A stretch of 64,000 nucleotides of DNA from Flavobacteriales bacterium (lineage in GTDB: Bacteria > Bacteroidota > Bacteroidia > Flavobacteriales_F > PHOS-HE28). A program made the translations under genes and the position numbers. Shown one piece after another: positions 36,479-46,263 of the stretch (within the stretch, counting starts at the first letter, position 1; every line of letters starts with the position of its first letter). Under the pieces are notes generated by a model. The model had not been told where the DNA came from, searched no databases, and saw nothing but the letters and a program-made list of their open reading frames with translations. The stretch spans positions 53 to 64,052 of the forward strand of contig JBDTNF010000188.1 in assembly GCA_039933875.1 (NCBI GenBank), in the 5' to 3' direction.

Positions 36479-37532
36479 GATACCATACAGGCACGCGCAA
36501 GAAACGGAGCGTGATACCGAAATGCTCTTCGCAACGCGCGATCAGTGTTCCCAGCGGAACGGGGTGATGACCTTGCGCGCGCAGCGCTCTGCTCAATCGT
36601 GGAAGATGGGCCACGTGCCGAAGCAGTTCTCGCCAACAACCGATGATGCCCATCGCGGGGTCGTAGACATGGCCGGGTTCGCTCGAAACACCGTTCAGTT
36701 CGAGGATCGTGAAGCGCCCTTGCTGGAGCGCTTCTTCGCTCGGTGAGCGCACATCGAGCCGGCCATAGTATATCCCTTCCGTTCCATCCATCAGCGCATC
36801 CACCGCCTCCGTCAAGGCCGGAGTGGCCAGGTGGCGGGCATCCAGGAAACTCGTTCCGCGGCAGTGATTCCCGATCGGTTCCACCACCACGCGCTCGTTC
36901 CTCATCGGCACATGCGCGAGCAAGTCCGCCTTATAGTCGCTGAGCCGTTGGACCTGTTTGCGACCGCGCAAGGTGGCTCGCAGCAACTGCGCCACCGTTG
37001 AGCGACCATCGCCAACGACAGCAAGGAAGCGCTTGCCCGTGATCGAGAGCAATGTGGCCCTCCCCGTTGCCGGGTCCTTCATGACCATCAGCCCATACTC
37101 ATGTTCCCACGGGACCAGTTCCTGGAGCAGAAGCGGGGCCCGTTGATCAGCCAGCACCGTCCGCAGGGCCCCCTCATGCTCTATGCGCTGCACACCATCC
37201 CCGCGTTCACCGGTATCTGGTTTGACCATGTGCGGGAACGAAAGACCGACCGTTCGCATACGCGACAGCACCTCGTCCGTCGGTGTGCCGGGTTCGATCA
37301 GCAATGTGGTCGGATAGGACCCCTTGGGCAACAGCGCATAGATCTCGGATTTGCGCTCCCCAAAAAACCCGCCCATGTCGATGGCAGGGTTCACATTGGT
37401 GAAGAAGACCAGGCTCCGGTTGCGGATAGCGTGCAGGAGCAGCCCTGGAAGGACGGGCATGTAGATGAGGTACCACGGCCAGTACTCGTGGTTCCAGCGC
37501 GCGAAGGGTCCCTCCCCCGAACGGCGCATCAA
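36432..37532 (-). CDS. ATP-grasp family protein (putative carboxylate-amine ligase)
   Basis: FTILELNGVSSEPGHVYDP carries the E-x-N ATP-grasp motif. Its start overlaps the stop of the upstream DinB-like gene. Confidence 0.5.
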   Translation of the reverse strand: MMRRSGEGPFARWNHEYWPWYLIYMPVLPGLLLHAIRNRSLVFFTNVNPAIDMGGFFGERKSEIYALLPKGSYPTTLLIEPGTPTDEVLSRMRTVGLSFPHMVKPDTGERGDGVQRIEHEGALRTVLADQRAPLLLQELVPWEHEYGLMVMKDPATGRATLLSITGKRFLAVVGDGRSTVAQLLRATLRGRKQVQRLSDYKADLLAHVPMRNERVVVEPIGNHCRGTSFLDARHLATPALTEAVDALMDGTEGIYYGRLDVRSPSEEALQQGRFTILELNGVSSEPGHVYDPAMGIIGCWRELLRHVAHLPRLSRALRAQGHHPVPLGTLIARCEEHFGITLRFLRVPVWYLSGARRARPRSMRYP

Positions 37533-38029
37533 CGCGCTTGATGATTGCGCGTGCTCGCAGCCACGCCGAGATCCTCTGGGACCGCCACATGCGGCAGGTG
37601 CTGCCCCAGCGCGATGCGTATCATGGCCAGGTGATGCACCCCATGATCGGCGAGATAGGCCAATTCACGCTTCAATGTGGTCTCCTGAACGGACCAAGGC
37701 GAGGGAGCTGGCAACTCACTCTCCATGCGTAGTGTCCTGTCGCCGGTGATCTCTTTGAGCAGGCTGATGCTGCGCACCGCACAGGCACGGGCAGCGACCA
37801 CCTCGGAACCGATCAGCGGGTTGCGTTGGCGACGATCGTAGCTGAAGATCGGATCTTCCATGTTCACCAACAAGCATTCATAGAATTCAAGGATATGGCG
37901 CATGTGTTGCCCGATGCTACTGCCGAACAAGAGGGCGAACGGCCGCGAAAGTTCCTCGTTGGTGAGCTGGTGCAGGATCCCGTCGATCTTGCGCAGCACG
38001 GTCGTGTTGTACGCGATAAGCTCTTTCAT
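37529..38029 (-). CDS. DinB/YfiT-like (DinB_2) metal-dependent protein, possible thiol S-transferase
   Basis: The conserved His triad context (HMRHILEFYE...HGVHHLAMI) is present. The protein is 166 aa. Confidence 0.6.
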   Translation of the reverse strand: MKELIAYNTTVLRKIDGILHQLTNEELSRPFALLFGSSIGQHMRHILEFYECLLVNMEDPIFSYDRRQRNPLIGSEVVAARACAVRSISLLKEITGDRTLRMESELPAPSPWSVQETTLKRELAYLADHGVHHLAMIRIALGQHLPHVAVPEDLGVAASTRNHQAR

Positions 38030-38448
38030 GCCTTGTGGGCGTTACGCTTGCTGAATATGGTCATGAACAGGCCCTGCACGCGTGCCCGTTCGCGCACCAG
38101 CACCATGATCGAAAGTGCGGCCACCGTGACCGCCAGGGCGAACAAGAGCCCACCATCGCCCTGTACCTCGACACCCAGCACAGTGAGATGGCTCACGATC
38201 GCGCCCGCCATAACACCCAAGGCGAGGGCCGCCCCCATCCAGGCGAAGGCGGGCCATAACAACAGCACGGCCGCGATGAGTTCGGCGATACCCGAACCGA
38301 TGCGCCCGACAGGTTCCAGGCCCAATGTGCTGAAGATGTGGACCGACTCCGGGGCGGCGGTGAACTTGAAGAAGAGCGTTTGTGCAAGGATCGCTGCGGC
38401 GATCACATTGGGCAGTTTGCCCAGCCAGTGTCGAAGGGTCGGGTTCAT
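38026..38448 (-). CDS. DoxX family membrane protein
   Basis: A 140-aa protein with four hydrophobic helices in a DoxX-like pattern. Confidence 0.6.
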   Translation of the reverse strand: MNPTLRHWLGKLPNVIAAAILAQTLFFKFTAAPESVHIFSTLGLEPVGRIGSGIAELIAAVLLLWPAFAWMGAALALGVMAGAIVSHLTVLGVEVQGDGGLLFALAVTVAALSIMVLVRERARVQGLFMTIFSKRNAHKA

Positions 38449-38472
38449 CGTGGGTGTGTTGGTGGGTTGATG

Positions 38473-38937
38473 CTATTCGCTGTGCTTGAAAGCCGCCCAG
38501 TGCTCATCCGCCGCACGGTGCAACCGGGTCGCGTCCTTATTCCAACTCGTGAGCGTGTTGTTGAAGAACGCATTGTAGAAGAGGAACACCTTGCCATCGA
38601 TGGTCGTGAACGTTCCCGGATCCACGGTTACTTTCTCGTTGTTGGCACCGATGGCGTACGCGCAGTACCCCCCGTATTGCGGCAGATACTTCTCTGCCTC
38701 CAGGCGGAACAACTCCTGATGCGTCTTCGTGGCGAAGTGGAAGGTGGCTCCCTTGTATGTCAACGAGAACTCCGGGTTCCCCTTCACTGCTTTCCTGTCA
38801 ACGAAGTAGGCCACAGGATCATAGCCCTCGACCCACAGTCCTTGCGCGTTCACATTGAAGAACGGCTTAAGCTTGCTTTGGCCTTGAACAGCGGGAAAGA
38901 AGAGCAGGGCAAAGGCGGCTAGCAGGGCGTGTTTCAT
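38473..38937 (-). CDS. secreted hypothetical protein (YHS-domain-like GYDPVAYF motif)
   Basis: A signal peptide MKHALLAAFALLFFPAVQGQ and the motif EGYDPVAYF are present. Confidence 0.35.
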   Translation of the reverse strand: MKHALLAAFALLFFPAVQGQSKLKPFFNVNAQGLWVEGYDPVAYFVDRKAVKGNPEFSLTYKGATFHFATKTHQELFRLEAEKYLPQYGGYCAYAIGANNEKVTVDPGTFTTIDGKVFLFYNAFFNNTLTSWNKDATRLHRAADEHWAAFKHSE

Positions 38938-39042
38938 CGGTCTCGCGTACGGCCAGGAACAAGGAGATCTCCGGGCCGGTGACCGGTAGTCACGGCCGGA
39001 AGTGATTCCTGACAAGTGGATCGGGAGGGCGTCTGAGGACGT

Positions 39043-40038
39043 TCAGGCGAGCTGATCGCTTAGCAGGCGCATCTCAATGGCGGGGGCGATGCGTTCGTAA
39101 AGCATCCGGTACGTGGCCTCGCAGATCGGCATATGCACGCCGAGTTTCGCATTGATGGCATGCACGCACTTCACCGCGTAGTAACCCTCGGCGATCATGT
39201 TCATCTCCATCTGCGCGGCCTTCACGCCATAGCCCTTGCCCACCATGGTGCCGAACTCCCGGTTGCGGCTGAAGGTGCTGTAGGCGGTCACCAGCAGATC
39301 ACCGAGGTAGGCGGGTTCATTGATGTCACGCTCGATCGGATGCACGGCCTTCACGAAGCGATCGATCTCCTGGATGGCCCGGCTCACCAACACCGCGCGG
39401 AAATTGTCACCATATCCAAGGCCCACGCTGATCCCCGAACAGACCGCGATCACGTTCTTCAGGATCGCCGCGTACTCGGTGCCGTAGATGTCATCGCTCA
39501 AGGCGGTCTTCATGAAGCGGCCGCTGAGCGCATCGCCCATCAACTTCGCCTTAGCGGCGTTCTGGCTGGCAATGGTGAGGTAGCTCAGGCGCTCCAAGGC
39601 GACCTCCTCCGCGTGGCAAGGGCCGCAGATCACACCGAAATCCGCCTTCGCGATACCCCAGCGCTCGAAGAGGTACTCCCCCACGATCTGGTTCGTCTCC
39701 GGCACGATCCCCTTCACCGCACTGAACACGGTCTTCCCTTCCAATTCCGATGGATCCAGTTGCTCCATGGTCGCTTTCAAGAACGCACTGGGTACGGCGA
39801 CCACCAACACGTCGGCGCTCTTCACCACCGCATGGATATCGCTGTCCATGGCAAGTCGTTGTACATCGAACTGTGCCGCACTGATGTACCGCGGATTGTG
39901 GCCGTACTTGGCGATGTGTGCGATGGTCTCCGGTTTGCGCACCCACCAGCCCACACGCTCCTGCGTGCCGCTGAGCAGCTTCACCAAAGCGGTGCCCCAA
40001 GAGCCGGCACCGATCACCGCTATACGAGGCGTCGCCAT
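39043..40038 (-). CDS. gpsA: NAD(P)H-dependent glycerol-3-phosphate dehydrogenase
   Basis: A Rossmann N-terminus IAVIGAGSWGTAL is present, with GpsA-like length and motifs. Confidence 0.9.
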   Translation of the reverse strand: MATPRIAVIGAGSWGTALVKLLSGTQERVGWWVRKPETIAHIAKYGHNPRYISAAQFDVQRLAMDSDIHAVVKSADVLVVAVPSAFLKATMEQLDPSELEGKTVFSAVKGIVPETNQIVGEYLFERWGIAKADFGVICGPCHAEEVALERLSYLTIASQNAAKAKLMGDALSGRFMKTALSDDIYGTEYAAILKNVIAVCSGISVGLGYGDNFRAVLVSRAIQEIDRFVKAVHPIERDINEPAYLGDLLVTAYSTFSRNREFGTMVGKGYGVKAAQMEMNMIAEGYYAVKCVHAINAKLGVHMPICEATYRMLYERIAPAIEMRLLSDQLA

Positions 40039-41756
40039 CAGAACGTAACGTCTATGGTTACCTCCTTGCCGGCACGGAGCACCTTCACCGGTGCCGTATC
40101 CCCTTTCTCGAACGCGCTCAGTGCCTTCATGTAGCTCATCATATCGCTCACCTCGACCGTCCCGAGCTTCACCACCACGTCGCCCACGAGCAACCCTGCA
40201 TTGGATGCGGGCTTCCCTTCGGTGATGCCATCGATGCGCATGCCCCTGCCATCGTAGAGGTAATCCGGTACCACACCCAATGTCACTTTGAAACGTGGAG
40301 CCTCCTCCTGGTTCGCGTCCGCCGTCTTGGTGAACACGAGCTTCCCATCGTCGTTGAGGTTCGTCACAAGCGCCTCGATGAAGCGCGTGATACGCAGCAT
40401 ACCATCGTAGTTGATCTTCTCCTCATCGTCGCTGGGCTTGTGGTAGTCGGCATGCGAACCGGTGAAGAAGTGGATCGCGGGCACGCCTTGCAGGTAGAAG
40501 CTCGTATGGTCGCTTGGGCCTACCCCACCTGCACTCGTCCTGATGGTGAGCGTGTCGCCATCGATCTGTCGGCGTTTGCCAGGGCTCTGGATCTCCCGGG
40601 GGCGTCGCAGTTCCGTAAGTACACTATCCCAAATCGGCGAAGTGCCGGTACCGTTGATCGCCAGCCGACGTGCGCTGTCCAGGCGCCCGACCATGTCCAG
40701 GTTGATCATGTAGTTGAGCGTGCTGATCGGCAGCGTGGGGTGCTTCGTCCAGTAGTTCGAACCGTACAGCCCTTTCTCTTCGCCACTGAAGGCGATGAAC
40801 AGGTAATCGTTCGCGCGGGCCTGGTCCATTTCAGCGAGGTCGCGCGCCAGTTGCATCATCACCGCCACGCCGCTCGCATTGTCGTCCGCTCCGTTGTGTA
40901 TCGCCGGATCACCGCGGTACAGCGAACCTTCATCGCCATAGCCCAGGTGGTCCAGGTGCGCACCGATCACCACCACGTTATCCTTACCGTTGTCGAGCAG
41001 CCCCACCACGTTGTACCCGGTCTTTTGGGGCCGGTCGATGTTCACGTTCATCGCGACGGGATTGCCGGTCACGATAAGGTCCTCCACCTTCCCTGTGAGG
41101 AATACCACGGGCACGCCACATCCCTGCACCTTGGCCGATAGCTCCGGTCCGGGCGCCTCAACATTGGGGTCATCGTTATAGAAGACCACCCCCACCGCGC
41201 CCATGGCCATGGCCTTCTCAGCGCGTGCATGCAGGTCGTGGTACGCCAGGAATTTGCTGTGCGGATGAATGCCATCCGGCGAACCGATCGCGATGGCGGC
41301 CACGAAGCCCTTCACCTCCACCCCGTCGTAATCCAGACGGCCCAGTTCCGGAGCCTGGATCCCAAAGCCCACCTTCACCAACTTGCCACGCACAGCGCCC
41401 GTGCTGGAGAAAGCCATGGGAAAGAACTGTTCGCCCAACTTCATCCGCTTGCGCCCGACCTGCAACGCGTTCACGGCACCGAGCACCGGTTGTGCGTTGA
41501 AGGTGAAGGCCTGCAGGTAAGTGGCGCGATCGCCATAGGGCATCAGGCCCACGTTGCCGAATTTCGCCGCGATGTAATCCACCGCGAGCTTCTCGCCGGG
41601 TGTGCCCGTTTCGCGGCCTTCGAGCCGATCACTGGCGAGGTATTTCACATCGTAGCGCATCTGGTCAAGTACATCGGCATCGGGCATCAGTTGCGCGCGC
41701 AGCGCGCACGGAGATACCACGACAAGCAGAAGCAGGACGGAACGAGGGGTCTTCAT
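40038..41756 (-). CDS. M28 family zinc peptidase with PA insert and C-terminal PDZ domain
   Basis: It has a signal peptide (MKTPRSVLLLLVVVSPCALRAQ), the M28 metal-ligand context HLDHLGYGD...GADDNASG...EEKGLYGS, and a PDZ-like GLLVGDVVVKLG region. Confidence 0.7.
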   Translation of the reverse strand: MKTPRSVLLLLVVVSPCALRAQLMPDADVLDQMRYDVKYLASDRLEGRETGTPGEKLAVDYIAAKFGNVGLMPYGDRATYLQAFTFNAQPVLGAVNALQVGRKRMKLGEQFFPMAFSSTGAVRGKLVKVGFGIQAPELGRLDYDGVEVKGFVAAIAIGSPDGIHPHSKFLAYHDLHARAEKAMAMGAVGVVFYNDDPNVEAPGPELSAKVQGCGVPVVFLTGKVEDLIVTGNPVAMNVNIDRPQKTGYNVVGLLDNGKDNVVVIGAHLDHLGYGDEGSLYRGDPAIHNGADDNASGVAVMMQLARDLAEMDQARANDYLFIAFSGEEKGLYGSNYWTKHPTLPISTLNYMINLDMVGRLDSARRLAINGTGTSPIWDSVLTELRRPREIQSPGKRRQIDGDTLTIRTSAGGVGPSDHTSFYLQGVPAIHFFTGSHADYHKPSDDEEKINYDGMLRITRFIEALVTNLNDDGKLVFTKTADANQEEAPRFKVTLGVVPDYLYDGRGMRIDGITEGKPASNAGLLVGDVVVKLGTVEVSDMMSYMKALSAFEKGDTAPVKVLRAGKEVTIDVTF

Positions 41757-41835
41757 TGGGGCACCGAAGATATTCGTCGGCATACCTTCGATGTGCGGGC
41801 ATCGTTCGAACTGATGCCCCCATGACCATCTCCCC

Positions 41836-42063
41836 ATGAAACGCTTCTTAGTCGCCATCGCTGGTGTACTGTCATTCCTCTACTTGTGCAATCCGACTTT
41901 CGGGCTTTTGGAGTTCCTGCCCGACAATATCCCCTTGATCGGCAATGTCGATGAAGCGACCGCGACGATGGTGCTGCTCGGCGCGCTCCGCTATTTCGGC
42001 TGGGACCTGACGAACTTGTTCCTGAAGCGTCCGGCCATCGACTTCGGTACACAACAGCGCTGA
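41836..42063 (+). CDS. DUF1232 (YkvA-like) small membrane protein
   Basis: It carries the DNIPLIGNVDEA motif characteristic of DUF1232. Confidence 0.6.
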   Translation: MKRFLVAIAGVLSFLYLCNPTFGLLEFLPDNIPLIGNVDEATATMVLLGALRYFGWDLTNLFLKRPAIDFGTQQR

Positions 42064-42065
42064 GC

Positions 42066-43910
42066 ATGCGTGGGCCGGCCTATGCGATCCTCGTTCTGGC
42101 ATTGTGGGGCTGCGCATCCCATGAGACTTCGATAACGAACAAGTGGGCTGACGATCGCTTGTGGTCAGTACTTGATGCACAGGACCATCGCGACACCGAT
42201 CGGCTCTGCGCTCTACTGAAGGATAGTTCGGCGGTCGTTCGCGAAGCGGCGGCCATGGCCTTCGCGTCGGTGCAGGACAGCTTGGCGCGGCCATGCCTCA
42301 TTGGATCCTTGAAAGATGGTGATGGCCATGTGCGTGCGAGTGCGGCCTATGCACTGGGCCTGGTGGCGGATAGCATTTCACTCGTTGAGTTGAACAAAGC
42401 TTCGGACACCGAACAGGACACGGCCGTGCAGCGGGTGATGGTGGAGGTGGGTTTCCGGGCCGAGCTGGCCTTGCGCAAACACGACGCCACCTGGCTGATC
42501 AGCTTCCTCGAAAGCGACGACCCTGACATCCGCACGCGTTCAGCCCAATCCCTGGCGCGCCTTCCCAAGGAAGAATCGGCCGCGGTGGCGAACGATGTGA
42601 TGCATGCCGTGGGTGTTGAGCAAGACCAGAACGTGCGCACGTTCCTGGTGGCGGCACTGAAACACAACACCACCATGGAGGTCACCGATAAGCTGAAGGC
42701 GCTGGCGGCAGGTGACAGCCTGCCCATGGTCCGAGTGGCCGCACTCCGGGCGCTCGGCGCGAAGCAGGACCCTACAGAAGCCGTGTTCTTCGTGGACCGG
42801 CTGCACGACGCCGACCAGGGTGCGCGACAAACCGCAGTAGAACAACTGCAGCGCATTGAGGGCACGATCGATGGCGAGACACTGTGGAAGGCCGCGCAGG
42901 AACACCCCGATCCTCGCATCAAGGTGCCGCTCTGCGAACTGGTGATGGAACATGGTGATGAAGCGACCAAAGCCGCATGCGCCACGTTACTGTCGAAGTT
43001 GGCCGAAGGCGATGGTGACCCTTACTTGAACGCGGCGCTGATCCAGGCGCGATCGAGCACCCTTGCACTGGACACACTGATCGGTTGGATGCGACCACCC
43101 CGGTCGGCTCCGGAACGTCAGGCCGCTTTTGCGGCGGCGCTGGCCAACGTTCGTGGAACGATGATGCACGCACGGTACGCTTCACGCGAAGCGCAATACG
43201 CGGGTCTCGCCAGCGTCGGCCGGGCAGCACTCTTATCCGGCGATGCGGGCCTTGTTGCTGCTGCGGCCGAAGAGCTGGTCAAGGAAGAAGGTGATGTGAT
43301 CGCCTTGCTGATGGACAAGGACACCGAACAACACGCTTTCGCTTCGTTGCTACCGATCCGTGACCTCGAGGCGCATCAACTCCTTGAGGAAGCCATCGCG
43401 AAACGCGATGGCCTTGCGCCGCCCAAGCACAAGGGACCTGCGTTCAACCATCCGATCTCCCGGGAACGGCTGATGCACCTGAGCGAAGGACAACAGTACC
43501 GGATCACAACGACCAAGGGCGAGATCGTCCTCGCGCTGGAACCGGGTGCGGCGCCGGGCAGTTGTGTCGCGTTCGATTCGCTCGTCACTGCGGGATATTA
43601 CAACGGCAAGGCCTTCCACCGCGTCATCGCCAATTTCGTAGCGCAGGGTGGCTGCCCGCGTGGCGACGGCTACGGCAGCATGGACTGGACCTTGCGCACG
43701 GAGATCGGTACGCAAGGATTCGAGGCGGGTGCGGTCGGCCTGGCTTCCGCAGGACGCGATACGGAGAGCTGCCAGTTCTTCATTACCCTGGCGCCAGCAC
43801 CACACCTCGATGGCCACTACACGCGCTTCGCCCATGTGGTGAGCGGACTGGCTGTGGCGCGCGACCTTCAGGTGGGCGATGTGATGGAGCGAGTGGTGCG
43901 GATGCCGTAG
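42066..43910 (+). CDS. lipoprotein with HEAT/PBS-lyase-like repeats fused to a C-terminal cyclophilin-type peptidyl-prolyl isomerase
   Basis: A lipobox LALWGCAS is present. There are repeated AAA.ALG...D... HEAT-like units. The C-terminus FHRVIANFVAQGGCPRGDGYGS matches the cyclophilin core. Confidence 0.7.
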   Translation: MRGPAYAILVLALWGCASHETSITNKWADDRLWSVLDAQDHRDTDRLCALLKDSSAVVREAAAMAFASVQDSLARPCLIGSLKDGDGHVRASAAYALGLVADSISLVELNKASDTEQDTAVQRVMVEVGFRAELALRKHDATWLISFLESDDPDIRTRSAQSLARLPKEESAAVANDVMHAVGVEQDQNVRTFLVAALKHNTTMEVTDKLKALAAGDSLPMVRVAALRALGAKQDPTEAVFFVDRLHDADQGARQTAVEQLQRIEGTIDGETLWKAAQEHPDPRIKVPLCELVMEHGDEATKAACATLLSKLAEGDGDPYLNAALIQARSSTLALDTLIGWMRPPRSAPERQAAFAAALANVRGTMMHARYASREAQYAGLASVGRAALLSGDAGLVAAAAEELVKEEGDVIALLMDKDTEQHAFASLLPIRDLEAHQLLEEAIAKRDGLAPPKHKGPAFNHPISRERLMHLSEGQQYRITTTKGEIVLALEPGAAPGSCVAFDSLVTAGYYNGKAFHRVIANFVAQGGCPRGDGYGSMDWTLRTEIGTQGFEAGAVGLASAGRDTESCQFFITLAPAPHLDGHYTRFAHVVSGLAVARDLQVGDVMERVVRMP

Positions 43911-43930
43911 TCCGTTCCGGACAAATGCGC

Positions 43931-44866
43931 TCAACGAACCGGGAACAAGCGCTTCCATTCTTCACCCAGCGCCGCACTGAACACTTGTGCACCGCGATAG
44001 TTCACGTGCGATGTGTTGAAGAAATGATCGTCGGGCAGCGGGTATCGGCCAAAGTCAAGGACGGTGATGTTCGGAAGCGCATCCAACATGCGCAGGTATT
44101 CTGTAGCGGCCTCCATCCCTTTGTAGTTGGCGAAATACGAAGCGTGGTACGGGGCCACCACGATCACGATCGGGCGACTGGAAGACCGCAGAAGCCGAAG
44201 GAACGTACTGTCAACACCTGTTGGATCGGTCCACACATCCCTTGATCGGAAGCGCCGTGTGATCATCCTGCTGAACCGTTCCGTCGATGCTGGCGTATTG
44301 TCGAACACCCCGCCATCGGAGCGCACGTTGCCTGTTGAGCGCTCCCCCATACGGGTCTTGAAGTACTCACCGTACAGACCGAAAAAGCGCAGGCCGGGAA
44401 CGCGATGGTACCAATGCATTTCACCTCGGGCGTATGCACTGATCTCCGCATGATGCAGGTTCGGCACGAAGTGGGCCATGTTGCCCACCTCAGTTCGGAA
44501 GAATTCATAGTCCCAGTTGACGATGATCGGTGTCGTGCGCGCCTTGCGCAACTCCCGTTCCAGCATCACTTCCACAAAGCCATGCTCGGTGCGTTCGATG
44601 CCATAGTTGAATGCGTTCCTGTTGATCAGGTCGGGCACATAGCATCCTGCAGCGCGCGAGGAACCGAGGATCGCGACCTCGGTCGGGTCCTCTTCCTCGA
44701 ACATGCGCTGGATCTTATACGCACCCGCTGATCGCGACGGCATCACAAATGCACGCATCACCACCTCGTCGAGCACCCACGCCCCTGCCAGTATGCCCGC
44801 GATCACAGGCAACACAAGGCGCAGCAACGCCCGTCTAGAACTGGAAGTAGATGAAGTCGCCGCCAT
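43931..44866 (-). CDS. DltD/AlgJ/AlgX-like membrane-anchored partner of the MBOAT acyltransferase
   Basis: It has an N-terminal signal anchor and lies immediately downstream of the MBOAT gene, overlapping it. Homology is inferred mainly from gene context. Confidence 0.35.
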   Translation of the reverse strand: MAATSSTSSSRRALLRLVLPVIAGILAGAWVLDEVVMRAFVMPSRSAGAYKIQRMFEEEDPTEVAILGSSRAAGCYVPDLINRNAFNYGIERTEHGFVEVMLERELRKARTTPIIVNWDYEFFRTEVGNMAHFVPNLHHAEISAYARGEMHWYHRVPGLRFFGLYGEYFKTRMGERSTGNVRSDGGVFDNTPASTERFSRMITRRFRSRDVWTDPTGVDSTFLRLLRSSSRPIVIVVAPYHASYFANYKGMEAATEYLRMLDALPNITVLDFGRYPLPDDHFFNTSHVNYRGAQVFSAALGEEWKRLFPVR

Positions 44867-46250
44867 TGCGTCCGAGCAGGATGATGGTCAGGGTGGTGAT
44901 CACAATGAAGGTGCGCGGCCAACGTAAGCGCAGATCGTAAGGGAGCCGATAGCTGAACGCCAGCAAAGCCATCACGGCAAGCCCGGTAACCGGTGCGAGC
45001 GAACTGTCCTCGACAGCCAGTGCCGCGCGCGTCCAATTCCCATCGAAGCGCAGCATCCCCTGCAGGATGCTCATCGCTTGCTGTACGTTCTCGGCGCGGA
45101 AGAACACCCACGCGATCGTAACGAGGAAGGCTGTGAAGGCGATGTTCAGGACGCGTTGCATCCGCGGGATGCGATGGAGACCGGTCGCTTTCGCCACGGC
45201 GGCACGTGGTCGCTCGAGCACCATCCCGAAAACGAAGTAGAGACCATGCAGCAGGCCCCAAATGATGAAAGTCCAGTTCGCTCCATGCCAGAGCCCGCTG
45301 ATCAGGAAGGTGATCAACAGGTTGTAGTACCAGCGCCAGCGCACCACCCGGTTTCCGCCGAGGGGGATGTACACGTAGTCCCTGAACCAACTCGAGAGGG
45401 AAATATGCCAGCGCGACCAGAACTCGGAAATGGAAGCGGAGAGATAAGGCCTGCGGAAATTCTCCATCAGGTCGAAACCCAGGACCCTGGCCGTTCCCAC
45501 AGCGATATCGGAATACCCGGAGAAGTCGCAATAGATCTGCACCGCGAAGAAGACGGTGGCCAGGATCAACGACAGGCTTGTCGCAGTTCCCGCATGGCCA
45601 TAGACGGCATCCACATACACAGCCAGCTGATCGGCCACCACCACTTTCTTGAAGAACCCGTAGGTGATCTTCACGAGCCCCCACTCCACGCCGTCGTACC
45701 GGAACCGCTTCGTCTCGTGGAACTGATGCAACATGGAACGGCCGCGTTCGATCGGCCCGGCCACCAACTGGGGGAAGAACATCACGAAGAGCGCGAAGAT
45801 CCCGGCATGCCGCTCCGCCTTCAGGTCGCCGCGATACACATCGACCGTATAGCTGATGCTCTGGAACGTATGGAACGACAACCCGATCGGCAGGAGGATG
45901 CCCAGGTCCGGCACCCCATAGCCGAGACCGGCCGAGCGGAACAATTCCCCGATGTTCTGGTTGAGGAAGTTCCAATACTTGAACACGGCGAGCACGCTCA
46001 CATTGGCGACGATGCTGGCCAGCAGGAACAGGCGTTTGCGCTCCCCGCTGCTGCCCTCGATCAGTATCCCGGACACATAGTCCACCGCGATGGTGAAGGC
46101 TAAAATGAGAATGTACACCGGCACGAAGGCCATGTAGAAATAGCAACTCGCACCCAACAGCAACAGCCAGCGGAAACGGTGCGGAAGCAGGTAGTACGCC
46201 ACGCACACCAGTGGGAAGAAGACGAGGAAGGCGCTTGAGTTGAACAGCAT
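44835..46250 (-). CDS. MBOAT family membrane O-acyltransferase (DltB/AlgI-like)
   Basis: The protein is polytopic, and the conserved His context WHISLSSWFRDYVYIPLGG is present. Confidence 0.85.
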   Translation of the reverse strand: MLFNSSAFLVFFPLVCVAYYLLPHRFRWLLLLGASCYFYMAFVPVYILILAFTIAVDYVSGILIEGSSGERKRLFLLASIVANVSVLAVFKYWNFLNQNIGELFRSAGLGYGVPDLGILLPIGLSFHTFQSISYTVDVYRGDLKAERHAGIFALFVMFFPQLVAGPIERGRSMLHQFHETKRFRYDGVEWGLVKITYGFFKKVVVADQLAVYVDAVYGHAGTATSLSLILATVFFAVQIYCDFSGYSDIAVGTARVLGFDLMENFRRPYLSASISEFWSRWHISLSSWFRDYVYIPLGGNRVVRWRWYYNLLITFLISGLWHGANWTFIIWGLLHGLYFVFGMVLERPRAAVAKATGLHRIPRMQRVLNIAFTAFLVTIAWVFFRAENVQQAMSILQGMLRFDGNWTRAALAVEDSSLAPVTGLAVMALLAFSYRLPYDLRLRWPRTFIVITTLTIILLGRNGGDFIYFQF

Positions 46251-46263
46251 GGCGCCTGCTGGT

